Origin: Mobula hypostoma
Lineage: Eukaryota
Assembly (NCBI RefSeq): GCF_963921235.1
Contig: NC_086108.1
Location: 16,058,001-16,122,000, forward strand
Direction: 5' to 3'
Length of the DNA: 64,000 nucleotides
Of the stretch, positions 36,211 through 49,100 are shown in pieces (position 1 is the first letter of the stretch; each line of letters opens with the position of its first letter). The translations under genes were made by a program, and so were the position numbers. A model generated the notes under the pieces. The model was not told the DNA's origin. It searched no databases and saw nothing but the letters and a program-made list of their open reading frames with translations.

Positions 36211-38089
36211 CTTCACACCACTTAACGCAACGACTATCACGGCTTTACCGAAAGTTCAAATCCAGGACGGTAGCCCCCACTTGTAACGTTCCGTTATATT
36301 GGCTCATGTATGTCTAAGGGAAATCACGCCCAGCACCCGCCTCAACGCTCCCCACAGGGTCGGTCGCCACCCGAATCAATCACAACATCAATCATCAGCC
36401 AGCACACACAGTACACTTTACCAAGTACACTTTATAGATATTACTAAGTCTATGAAATTAATATAAATTCGATACAGAAAAGGAAGTAATGGAAAAAAAA
36501 GGTGCCAGACTTATCAAAGTCCAAGTTCTTCATGCACAACCGTTGGAGCTCAATAACTTCCTGACAACCACCCGGATCCTGTTGACTCACAGCTCGGGAC
36601 CACCCGGAGTAATCGACCGGAGCCTTTCCGCACGTCCACCGTCCTCCCCGTCTCTCCTCCGACTCCCCGTCTCTCCTCTGACTCCCCGCCAAAACCCTGT
36701 CCGCCATCCTCCCCATCTCTCCTCCGACTCCCCGTCTCTCCACCGTCCTCCCCATCTCTCCTCCGACTCCCCGCCAAAACCCCGTCCGCCGTCCTCCCCG
36801 TCTCTCCTCCGACTCCCCGTCTCTCCTCTGACTCCCTGCCAAAAACCCCGTTCCCAGTCATATGAGTCAGCATTATCACCCGAAGAAACGATAACATGAA
36901 CACCCATTGGCTAATAGCACCCTGCTGTCTGTATTAACCCAAGCAAATGTCGAGTTAGAGACTTGCTCAGCGTTGAACATAACAAAGAAGCCATTTTAAA
37001 ATTAACATACAAAAAAAAGACCCCGTACACTCTTTTTTAGTATTTGCTTGATATTTTGAATGTTTTACACCTTGACCCCAGAAGAAAGCTGTCTAGTTCA
37101 GTATGGTTTAAGTGACAATTAAACTTGATTTGATTTGATTGATTTGATTCATTACAACCACTCACACAAATATACAGTGAGTGTGCTATCACACACACAT
37201 ACACTCTCACTACAACCATTCACACGTGTGCACATTCCCACTATAACCACTCACAAGTACACACATTCCCATTACAACCACCTGTACCCTCCCCCCCCAA
37301 CATAGATGCTTTTTGTACAACCACTCACAGGTAACAATGCTCTCATTATAACTACATACTGAAATTTTAATCTCACACACACACACCACCACTGTCACTA
37401 CAACCCACTCATATAAGTGCACACTCTAACTACAATCACTCAGGTCTCACCATAGTCACTCACAGGCGCACCTTATCACTGCAAAAATTCACCCAGGGAC
37501 TCACCACAATCACGTGGACGTGCACATTAGAGCCACAAAGGTGCATTCATACACAACGCAACAAAATGCATACTCATACTAGAGCCACACGGACACATGT
37601 GGTGTAGTCATTTGGATACCACAGTGTAACCAGGTCCCCAATGTTATAGCAGGGTTCTGTCCTTCTGGACTGCTTGTAATCTGGACAGTTTGCAAAACAG
37701 AAATGCAGCCGCAAATCGAGTTCCCACCTGGAAATGATTCATTCAGCCCCCCGCAGCTGGAAAATCCCTACCAGTTTCCCAAATGATATCGGCATTTATG
37801 GGCTGTACATGAGCCGGTGTTTAACCTGGGGGGGGGGGCGATACCTATGCGTAACACCATGCTCACATGCAAGTGCAGAGAGGGTCGGCGTCAGGCCTAC
37901 CGAAGCTAGGAATGCGAATATAAAAAGCCAGTCTTTTTTCGGCAGCTCAGGCAAGAAGCATGTATCTGCGTCAGAGCCCTACAGAAGTTGGGAGAGAGGA
38001 TAAAAGGAGTCTATTCCCACAAGGCTGGTCTTTCTGGACTGTGCAGGTGAGGAAAATGTCAGCGTCAAAGGCTTAACCTCAGCTGCAAA

Positions 38090-40285
38090 TTAAAGGAGGG
38101 TGGGCGCAAGCGGAGCAGCTATTGTTTGGAGCGGCCGTTGTTGGAATGTGCCAGTGATAGAGTGGGGAGGCTTTGGCTTAAAAGGCTTCGGTGTGAACAG
38201 TCATAGGCACAGTTAAGAAGAGGTAAGCCTTTTTTCTTTTTTATATGACGTAATCAGGATGGAATGCTCCTCCTGTCAGATCTGGGAGTTTGGGTTACCT
38301 GACGGTTTCCCTGAGAGCATTGCACCCAACTTCCAGCTCCTGACTGACTGGGTCAAGGTTTTGGAGCTGAAGTTGGATGTACTCAGGATCATTTGGGAGG
38401 CCTAAGATATTATAGGTGAGACTTCTGAAGAAGTGGTCACACCCAGAGTACAGGTTTTGGACTACCAGAGAAGGTAAGGGGATTAGGAAGTCAGTGCTGG
38501 GTTCCCCTTTGGCCATTCCCCTCAGCAACAAGTATACCATACCTCTTTTGAATACTGCTGCCGGGATGACCCATCGGGGTACAACAGCAGCAACCAGTCT
38601 GGTGGCACTGTGGCCAGCTCTGAGGCTTGATAGGAAGGGGCAAAGTCAGGCAGTTATAGAGGACTCAATAGTTAGGGGAACAGATAGGAGATCCTGTGGC
38701 TACAAAAGAGACACCAGGACGGCGTGTTGCCTTTCAGGTGCCAGGGCTCATGATTATACTGGAGCGGCTGCGGGACCAGTGGCCAATCTGGACAGCGGAA
38801 GGTTTGAGAGAAGGGGACCTCAATCAGGTCTGATTCAGGGAGAATCAGTGGAGTGCCTCAGGGATCTGTTCTGGGACCCTTACTCTTCGTGATTTTTTAT
38901 AATTGACCTGGATGAGGAAGTGGAGGGATGGGTTAGTAAGTTTGCTGATGACATAAAGGTTGGTGGTGTTGTGGATAGTGTGGAGGGCTGTCAGAGGTTA
39001 CTGCAGGACATTGATAGGATGCAAAACTGGGCTGAGAAGTGGCAGATGGAGTTCAACCTAGATAAGTGTGAAGCGGTTCATTTTGGTAGGTCAAATATAA
39101 TGGCAGAATATAGTATTAATGGTAAGACTCCTGGCAGTGTGGAGGATCAGAGGGATCTTGGGGTCCGAGTCCATAGGATACTCAAAGCAGCTGCGCAGGT
39201 TGACTCTGTGGTTAAGAAGGCATACGGTATATTGGGCTTTATCAATCGTGGAACTGAATTTAGGAGCCGAGAGGTAATGTTGCAGCTATCCAGGACCCTG
39301 GTCAGACCCCACTTGGAATACTGTGCTCACTTCTCCGTGGATTGTCACCTTGTCGTGGTGGAGAAGCTCGTGTGGTCCTGAGATCCCGAGAGCGATGCTG
39401 TCTGGAGCTATGCTCCTGGTAGGGTCACCCATGGCGGTAAGGTCGAGGTGAGGTCCCTGACAAAGAACAATCCATCCAAGACCTCAATGGTGGAACAGGT
39501 GGATGAAGTTACTTCGAACTCAACGGCTGTGAAAGCGGATGAAGGCTGCAACAAATCCATCAGCTCCAATCGTCATGGTTTCCATGCCATTGGAATCAGT
39601 TGATTGATTTGTGAAGTATTGTGTGCTTCTTGGAGTGCAACATCAAATACATGTTAAACAAATACACACACAGGCATCTTCACTCTGTGGGCCACTTCTT
39701 CAGAACAAAGACCATCATCCTCGACCTCGAGGGATACCATGACGACGACTGTGCTTATTTCTAGTCGCCTTACTGCAGGAAGGATGTGGAAGCCATAGAA
39801 AGGGTGTGGAGAAGAGTTACAAGGATGTTGCCTGGATTGGGGAGCATGCCTTATGAATGAACAGGTTGAATGAACTTGGCCTTTTCTCCTTGGAGCGACG
39901 GAGGATGAGAGGTGACCTGATAGAGGTGTATAAGATGATGAGAGGCATTGATTGTGTGGATAGTCAGAGGCTTTTTCCCAGGTCTGATATGGTTGCCACA
40001 AGAGGACACAGGTTTAAGGTGCTGGGAAGTAGGTACAGAGGAGGTGTCAGGGGTAAGTTTTTTAATCAGAGAGTAGTGAGTGCGTGGAATGGGCTGCCAG
40101 CAATGGTGAAGGAGGCAGATACGATAGGGTCTTTTAAGAGACTTTTGGATAGGTACATGGAGCTTAGAAAAATAGAGGGCTATGGGTAAGTCTAGTAATT
40201 TCTAAGGTAGGGACATGTTTGGCACAACTTTGTGGGCCAAAGGGCCTGTATTGTGCTGTAGGTTTTCTATGTTTCTATGTTTCTA
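38090..40285 (+). mobile_element. CR1 pieces (5' UTR/ORF1 remnant and RT 3' half)
   Basis: IPLSNKY and VIEDSIVRGTDRR (ORF1 esterase); SKFADDIK (RT); (CTATGTTT)n tail at ~40266-40285. Confidence 0.82.
39330..39747 (+). mobile_element. Short non-coding RTE-derived element inserted in a CR1
   Basis: RTE/Rex3-like 5' UTR start (caccttgtcgtggtggag...cctggtagggtcaccca), (GAC)n tail, TSD ACTGTGCT(C/T)A. Confidence 0.6.
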
Positions 40286-40479
40286 AGACCAGAGGACACA
40301 GCCTCAAGATAGAGGGGCAGGAACTAAGGCAGAGGCTGATAGATTCTTGATTGGTCAGTGCATGAAGGGATATGGGGAGAAGGCAGGAGATTGTTGCTGA
40401 GAGGAAAATTGGATCAGCCATGATGAAATGGCGGAGCAGATTTGATAAGCCAAATGGCTGAATTCTGCTCCTATTCTTA

Positions 40480-43400
40480 TGGGAGGGGGAACAGCCAGAA
40501 GTCATGTTGCATATTGGCACCAATGACATAGGCAGAAAAGGGGAAGAGGTCCTTGGCAGTGATATATAGAGTTAAGAAAGAGGCTGAAGAGAAAGACTTC
40601 CAAGGTTGTAATCTCTGGATTACTCTCTGTGCCATGGGCTAGTGCAGGTAGGAATGGGGTGATAGCATGGATGAATGAGTGGTTATGGAGACGGTGTAGG
40701 GCAGGATTTCAAGTTCTTGGATCATTGGAACATCTTCTGGGGAAAGGGTGTACAAGAGGGACGGGTAGCACCTGAACTTGAGTGAAACCTATACCTGGCC
40801 GGAAGGTTTGCTGATGCTACTCGGGAGAGTTTAAACTACTTTAGCAGAGGGCTGGGAACCAGAACCCCAGGTCAGTAAGGGAAGGATTGGACCAGAAGGT
40901 AGATGTCAGGAAAAATACTGAAAGGCAAAATTGAATTAACAGGTATGATGGGTCGGACAGTTTGAAATGTGTATGTTTTGCTGCTGGGAGTATTATGGGT
41001 AAGGGTGATGAACTTAGAGCATGAATTAGTACATGGAACTACAATGTTGTACCCATTAATGAAACTTGGCTGAGAAAGGGGCAGGAATGGGTGATTATTA
41101 TACCAGGTCTTTGAAGTTTTAGAGAAGATAGAGGAGGAGGTAAAAGGGGGTGGGGGGAGATGTACTATTAATCAAGGACGATATCACAGCTGCACTCAAG
41201 GGAGACATAACGTAGAGGCCAAACTCTGAGTCCATTGGTTTGAACTCAGGAATAGGAAGGGTGCAATCACACTGATGGGATTGTACTATAGACCCCTAAT
41301 AGCCACTGGAACATTGAGGAACAGATAGATTAAGGATATGTGTAAAATCATAGGGTTGTTGTCATGGGGGGATTTCAACTTCCCTAATATAAACTGGGAC
41401 CTTTTTATTGCAAGTGGTTTAGATGGGGCAGAATTTGTTAAGTGTATCCAGGAAGGTTCCTTAAATCAATATGTGGACAGTCCAATAAGAGGTACTGGAC
41501 CTAATGTTGAGTAATGAGCCTGGCCAGGTGACTGACTTTTCTGTGGGCTAACAGTTAGGGAACAGTGACAACGTTCAGGACGGCTATAGATAGGTATGGT
41601 CATTATAGGAGACTCTTAAATTGTAGTTGGGCAAAATACGAGGGCATTAGGCTGGAACTAAGGAGTGCTAATTGGGAACACCTCTCCTTTGGCAAGTCCA
41701 CATCAGTCACATGGAGGGTGCTTAAAGATCAATTGCACCGAATACAGGAGGGGTATGTTCCTGTTAGAAGGAAGGAGAGAGTGGAAGGAAAAGAGAACCT
41801 TGGATGTCCAGAGAGGTGATGAATTTAGTCAAGAAGAAAAAGGAAAAGTACGCAAAGCTTTGGAAGTTAGGATCAAATGAAACACATGAGGAGCATAGAG
41901 AAGCCAGAAAAGAACTAAAGAAGGGAATTGGGAAAGCCAGGAGGGGCCATAAGAAGTCCTTGGCAAGTAGGATTAAGGTGTTAACTAAGGCATTCTATAC
42001 ACACATCAAGAGCAAGAGGATAACTGGGGAGAGGGTGGGACCACTCAAGGATAAAGGAGGGAACATTTACTTGAATGTAGAGAATTTGAGTGATTACTTA
42101 ATGAGTACTTTGCTTCAGTATTTATTGAGGAAAAGGATATGGAGGACCAGGAAAACATTAGAACATTTAGAGGTCAAGGAGGAGGAAGTGTTGGGCTTCC
42201 TAAAGTGTATTAAGGTGGATGAGTCCCCAGGGCCTGATGGGATTTACCCCAGGTTATTGGAGGAGGCAAGAAAAAAGATTGTTGGGGCCTTGACTGGTAA
42301 CTTTGTGTCTTCTCTAGACCAGGTGAGGTCCCGGAGGACTAGCTGTGGCTAATATTGTACTTCTATTTAAAAAGGGAACAATAGACTGGTGAGTCTCACT
42401 TCAGTTGTAGGGAGATAGCTAGAGAAATTTTTTAGGAAAAGGATATATGAGCATTTGAAAACCTTGGTCTGATTATGGAGAGCCAACATGGCTTTGTGCG
42501 GGACAAGTCGTGTCTTACCAACTTGATTGAACTTTTTAACAAGGTGATGAGAGGGATTGAAGAGAGTAGGGTAGTGGATGTTGACTATGTGGATTTAGGT
42601 AAGGCATTTGACAAAGATCTTCACATGGAGGCGAATCCAGAAGATTAAGATGCATGGGATCTGCAGCAAGTTGACTGTTTGGGTTCAGAACTGGCTTGTG
42701 CATATAAACAGAGTGTGGAGGTTGAGGAGACTTATTCAAGCTGGAGGTCTGTCATTAGTGGTATTCCGTGGGGATCTGTGCTGGGACCTCAGCTATTTGT
42801 GATGTATATAAATGACCTGGATGAAAATTTAGATGGGTGGGTTAGTATATTTGTGGATGATATCAAGATTGGTGGAGTTGTGGATAGTGTAGAAGACTGG
42901 TAAAGAATACAGCACGATATTGACCAGCTGCAGACATGGGCTGAGAAATGGCAGATGGAGATTAACCCAGATAAATGTGAGGTGTTGCACCTTGGTGGGG
43001 AAAATGCAAGGAGGCAATATACTGTTAGGGGCAAGACCTTTAACAGTGTTGCTGAGCAGAGAGATTTGGGGTTCAAGTTCATAGCTGCTTGAAAGTGGCT
43101 ACATAAATCGATAAGGTGGTTACGAAGGCTTAAGGAATGCTTGCTTTTATTAGTCGAGGCAATAAGTTCGAAAGTCAGGAAGTCAACTTTATAAAACTCT
43201 GGTTCGGCCACATCTGGAGTATTGCATACATTTCTAGTCATCCCACTATAGGAAAGATATTGAGGCTTTGGAGAGGGTGCAGAAGAGGTTTACCAGGATG
43301 CCGCCTGGTTTAAAGGTCATGTGCTGTCATGAGAGGCTGGATAAACTTGGAGTGCCGGAGGATGAGGGGAGATCTGTTAGAGGTTTACAAGCTTATGAGA

Positions 43401-43750
43401 TGCATAGACAGAGTAGACAGCGAGTATCTTTTTCCCAGGGTAGAAATGTCTGACACCAGAGGACACACATTGAAGGGGTGGGGCAGGGGTAGGTTCAAAG
43501 GGAAAGTGAGGGGTAAACTTTTTTACACAGAAAGTCGTGGATTTCCGGCATGCACTGCCTGGTAAGCTGGCAGAGGCAAATACTTTTAAGAGACATTTAG
43601 ATAGGCACATGGATGCAAGGAAGATGAAGGGATATAGACATCGGGTAGGTAAGAGGGATTAGTGTCTGGGTGTTTTTGATTTGTTTCGGCACAACATTGT
43701 GGGCCGAATGGCCTATTCCTGTGCTGTACTGTTCTATGTTCTATGTTCTA
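40480..43750 (+). mobile_element. Older CR1, ORF1 end plus near-complete decayed ORF2
   Basis: Endonuclease (ETW, GDFNFP), linker (SPGPDGIYPRLL), RT and a (TTCTATG)n tail. Confidence 0.85.
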
Positions 43751-43789
43751 TAATCACCCACACATTCTATATATTAGGATTCCTCTCCT

Positions 43790-46280
43790 CCCCACCACCC
43801 CCCAGATAGCCACTGAGTGGTGGACAAATAGACATCTAGATAGGTTATGGAAAGGTACAGAAATGATAGGGTTGTCATAGTGAGGGACTTTAACTTCCCC
43901 AGTAATGTTGCAACTTAATACAGGAAGTTTAGAGGGGCAGGACTTATTCAGTGCATCCAAGAGATGCTCTTGAAACAGTTACGTGGAGAGTCCAACAAGA
44001 GAAGAAAACATACTGGACTTAGTTTTCGGAAATAAGCCTGAACAGGTGACATACTTGTCAATGGGTACACATGTTGGGAAAAACTTTCATTGTTTTAAGA
44101 TAGTCATAAAGAAGGAAAGGTTGGATCTTGCGGGAAGGTACTAAATTGGGGAGGGCAAATTATGACAGGATAGGACAGGAGCTAAAGGGCATTGATTGGG
44201 AACAGCTGTTGTCAGACAAAACCGCGGCTGTCATGTGGGAATTGTTTAAAGACCAGCTGAGCAGAGCTCAGAATCAGCATGTTCCCGTAAGAAACAGGGA
44301 CAGAAATGACACAATCCCAAAGAAGAGTCTTGGCCTGAAACATTGACTGTTTGCTCATTTCCATGAATGCTGCCTGACCTGCTGAATTCCAGCAGCATTT
44401 TGTGTGTGTTGCTTTGGATCTCCAGCATCTGCAGAATCTCTTGTGCTTATGGCAAAGTAAAGGAACTTTGGGTGACCTAAGAAGTTCTAAATTTAGCCGG
44501 GGGAAAAAAGGAAAGAATACATTAGTTTTAGGAAACTAAAATTAGACTGGGGTCTTTTGGAATACAGAAAAAGCAGGAAAGTGCTCAAGCTGGCAGTTAG
44601 AAAGACCGAAGGGGGCATTGAAATGTCCTCAGCGAGCAGGAACAAGCGAAATCCCAAAGCATTTTATATTGATATTAAGAAAATGAGGATATCTATGGAT
44701 TGTGTAGGTCTGCTCCAGTATAAAGGAGACAATTTGTGCCTGGAGTCAGAGCAAGTGACTGAGATACTAAATGAGTACTTTGCACCAGTACTTACTGAAC
44801 AGAAGGAATTTGAGGATAGTGACAAGAGAGTGGGACATACTAATGTGCTGGAACATTTGAAAAATAAGGAGGATGTGGTGCTGGGTCTTCTGAAAAGCAT
44901 TAAGATGGATAAATTCACAGGGCCTGATGGTACATATCCCAGATTACTGAAAGAAGCAAATGAGATTGCTGTGGCTTTGACAAGGATCTTTGTGTCTTCA
45001 CTAGTGACAGGAGAGGTCCCAGAGGACTGGGAAGTAGCAAATGTGCTTTTGTTCAAGAAAAGAAATAGGGATAATCCAGGTAATGATCCTAGTGAGCTCA
45101 TGTCAGTGGTAGGGAAGCTATTGGAGAGGATACTGAGGGACAGAATTTATGTATATTGAGTTTTTGATTGAGCAATGGATGTTATCTACATTAACTTCAG
45201 TTCATGAATTTGATAAGGACCTTCATGGCAGATTGGTTCAAAAGACAAAGGTAAATCCAGGGTGAACTGCAAGTTTAGATTTAGAACTGGCTTGCCATAG
45301 AAGACAGAGAGTAGAGGGAGGTCTGTGACCAGTGATGATCTGCAAGGATCAGTGCTGGTACCTGTGTTATTTGTGATATAAATTCATGATTAGAATGAAG
45401 ATGTAGGTGGGTGGACTAGCAAGTTTGTAGATACCAGCGAGGTTGGTGGAGTTGTGAACAGCATAGACTATCAAAGAATACAGTGAGATATATGTAGATC
45501 AATTACGGATACAGGCAGAGAAGTGGCAGATGGAGTTAAATCCAGGCAAGTGTGAGGTGTTGCACTTTGATAGGTCAAATGAAAGGAGAAAGTATACAGT
45601 TAATAGTAGATCCTTAATAGCATTAAGGCACAGAGGGATCTTGGGGTCCAGGTCCATAGTTAGCTATACAAGTAGATAAGGTGGTAAATATGGCATATGA
45701 GATGCTTGCCTTCACTGCTTGGGGTGTTGGGTATAAGAGTAAGGAAGTCAAGTTGCAGCTATCTAAAACTTTAGTCAGAGCACACAGAGTATTGCATGCA
45801 GTTCTGGTCAGAAGGATGTGGAAAGGGTGCAGAGGAGGTTCACACGAGGATGATCTTGATTACAGAGTATCAGCAATGAGGGCAGGTTGGACAAAGTTGA
45901 GCTGTTCTCCTTGGAGTGGCAGAGGCTGAGGGGAGACCTGAGTATGAGAGGCATAGGTAGGGTGGATAGTCAGAATCTTTTTTCCCAGGATAGAAATTTT
46001 AAACACTAGAGGACCTGTTTTTATGGTTGGGGGCAGAGGAGAGAAGTTTAAAGGCAATATTAAGGTCAATCTCTTTATGCAAAGACCTGTACATGCTTGG
46101 ATAGATTATTAGGTGTAGGGGAAGCAGGTAGCTTTGATGGAATTTGAGAGGCTTTTAGATAGGCACATAAATATGAAGGGAATGGAGGATTATGGACAAT
46201 ACACAGAAGGACATTTAGTGTAAATTGGCATCAACATCAGCACAACATTGTGAGCCAAATGTGTTGTACTTATCTATGTT
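43790..46280 (+). mobile_element. Older CR1 ORF2 remnant with a Penelope pLTR insertion (44308-44447)
   Basis: GPDGTYPRLLKEA, SVVGKLLERILRD, plus a 3' UTR. Confidence 0.8.
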
Positions 46281-46433
46281 CATTTCAACACACTAAGCTC
46301 TAATGGACTGGCTCAAGACACATCTGCATAAAATGAAATTTGCACCAACACACACACACAGATGGTAACTGCTACACTCAGTGGGTAACCATGCACTTCA
46401 GTCTGATCATTGGTTCCACCTCACTCATCTATG

Positions 46434-47644
46434 TATCACATGATCATTGACAATGCAGAGACTGGGTAGCCAGTCCTATCCCAACTTACATCACATGGTC
46501 ATTGACAATGCAGAGACTGGGTAGCCAGTCCTATCCCAACTTACATCACATGGTCATTGACAATGAAGAGACTGGGTAGCCAGTCCTATCCCAACTTACA
46601 TCACATGGTCATTGACAATGCAGAGACTGGGTAGCCAGTCCTATCCCAACTTACATCACATGGTCACTGACAATGAAGAGACTGGGTAGCCAGTCCTATC
46701 CCAACTTACATCACATGGTCATTGACAATGCAGAGACTGGGTAGCCAGTCCTATCCCAACTTACATCACATGGTCATTGACAATGCAGAGACTGGGTAGC
46801 CAGTCCTATCCCAACTTACATCACATGATCATTGACAATGCAGAGACTGGGTAGCCAGTCCTATCCCAACTTACATCACATGGTCATTGACAATGCAGAG
46901 ACTGGGTAGCCAGTCCTATCCCAACTTACATCACATGGTCATTGACAATGAAGAGACTGGGTAGCCAGTCCTATCCCAACTTACATCACATGGTCATTGA
47001 CAATGCAGAGACTGGGTAGCCAGTCCTATCCCAACTTACATCACATGGTCACTGACAATGAAGAGACTGGGTAGCCAGTCCTATCCCAACTTACATCACA
47101 TGGTCATTGACAATGCAGAGACTGGGTAGCCAGTCCTATCCCAACTTACATCACATGGTCATTGACAATGCAGAGACTGGGTAGCCAGTCCTATCCCAAC
47201 TTACATCACATGATCATTGACAATGCAGAGACTGGGTAGCCAGTCCTATCCCAACTTACATCACATGGTCATTGACAATGAAGAGACTGGGTAGCCAGTC
47301 CTATCCCAACTTACATCACATGGTCATTGACAATGCAGAGACTGGGTAGCCAGTCCTATCCCAACTTACATCACATGGTCATTGACAATGCAGAGACTGG
47401 GTAGCCAGTCCTATCCCAACTTACATCACATGGTCATTGACAATGCAGAGACTGGGTAGCCAGTCCTATCCCAACTTACATCACATGGTCATTGACAATG
47501 CAGAGACTGGGTAGCCAGTCCTATCCCAACTTACATCACATGGTCATTGACAATGCAGAGACTGGGTAGCCAGTCCTATCCCAACTTACATCACATGGTC
47601 ATTGACAATGCAGAGACTGGGTAGCCAGTCCTATCCCAACTTAC
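46434..47644. repeat. Minisatellite, 55-bp unit, 22 copies, abutting the exon C donor
   Basis: Unit ACTTACATCACATGGTCATTGACAATGCAGAGACTGGGTAGCCAGTCCTATCCCA. Confidence 0.98.
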
Positions 47645-47825
47645 TGCTGGATTTCCATGCAGAAGTGCAGGTCGTTCACTAAGTAGTTAATGATGACAGG
47701 TCGGCCGCATACCACTCGCTTTCTTATCTGGGGCACCTCAGCATCCTCTCCATAATCAGACACTCGGAGTATCAAGGAGTTAGCCATGGAAGGTATTGTG
47801 AACTGATTGTGAGATGTGGTCATAT
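47645..47825 (-). CDS. RGSL1: RGSL1-like coding exon C (181 nt)
   Basis: Acceptor tttttccttttgcttccag, donor gtaagt. Encodes (N)MTTSHNQF...KRVVCGRPVIINYLVNDLHFCMEIQ. NDLxFxxE is the start of an RGS22/RGSL1-type RGS domain. Phase 1 to phase 2. Confidence 0.88.
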
Positions 47826-49100
47826 CTGGAAGCAAAAGGAAAAAAAAACCCATTTAATGAGGGGAAAGATTATTCAGTGAGAGATATTCGATCTACAACT
47901 GTAGGGACTCCAAACTCTTCCAGCCCGAGCACTGTCACTTCTATCTAACACCCCAGATTTTGCTTGACCATAGAATCATAAAATATTTACACCCATCGTG
48001 TCTGATATTGTGTGTGCTTGTGCACCCAGGCTAACCCTATCTGTATCTACGATGGCCCTGCAGGTTACAGCTTTCCAAGAGTGCAGGCTTTCCTTAACCA
48101 ATTAATCTCAAGGCTTTAGACAGGATATAGTACGGATTCAATGGAATGGGCCACAGAGCAGAATTCAAACATTCAAGAAACATGAAAGTTATGCCTTTTC
48201 TCATCAGATCAAAGGCAGTAAAGGAGGCAGTTACAAAGGAGCCAGGAGGAGTAGGAGGTATACACCCTCAAACTCACTCCAGCTTTGAAGGCGACCAGGT
48301 AGGCGGGTCAATATATCACCTAACCCCAAAAAAATTGCAAAAAAATGTTTTATGATTATTTATTGTACTATTCGATGTGGACAACAACATATCAAAAGTT
48401 GGACAATTTTGACACACAGAAAAGTCTCCAAAAATGACATAAGAAAACAAGACGGCCGCCAGCAGAAAAATGTCAAAAATCTGACTGATAACCATCAAAT
48501 AGCAAGTTTTTTAAACCTGATGTTTTGATGAATGCTCTTTTCATCAATGTTTTTCAAATAACAGCAGTTCCTGGAATGAAAGTTGCGTTTGTACTGATGT
48601 CATGACGTTATCAATGACGTAATCAAGGGACAACTCTGGTATTAAGTACTGACGTCATGACACATAATATGCTACCTTATGGCTTCTCAGATGCAGTCTT
48701 GTTCATCATCCTCTTCTATCACTGGCTCATTTATCATATTGTCACAGTTGCCATCTTGGCAATGCCCACATGCACTGGTGCATTCCAGCCCATGCTTTCT
48801 GCAGGTACACTTTAGCATATTGCACCCTCCCGAACAGTTGCAGTGAATCATCTGAATAAGTACCTCTGGAGCAGGCCTTTTATCTGTCATCACTGGAATG
48901 AGTTTTTCTCCTTCTACCCTCCATCCCCACTTAGATGGCTCCATTTCATCACTACAGCCCATCCACTCCATAACCTGGTAGTAAGTCCACAAGGAGTGAA
49001 ATTTACAGGCTGAGGTGGTTGGTGGCAGTCTCTCAGGCGTGACGAAAGTCGTAGCTCTCGCAACTTTCTTGCAGAGCATATTGTATCTGATAGATGCCAG

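Larger units (their letters stand above)
31645..37029 (-). mobile_element. Gypsy/Ty3 LTR retrotransposon with two LTRs, internally deleted
   Basis: LTRs at 31645-32439 and 36282-37029 (TG...CA). PPT at 32440-32454. tRNA-Pro-like PBS TGGGGGCTACCGTCCTGGAT at ~36260-36280. Contains gag, protease and RT. Flanks CTTT / CTCT (4-bp TSD with one mismatch). Confidence 0.93.

Noticed and set aside
36450..36907. Overlapping Arg/Gly/Pro-rich ORFs (also at 31616-32191)
   Set aside because: They arise from GC-rich tandem repeats inside the Gypsy LTRs.
46434..47644. CRISPR-like array (regular repeats containing palindromes)
   Set aside because: Units are contiguous with no unique spacers, there are no cas genes, and the context is eukaryotic.
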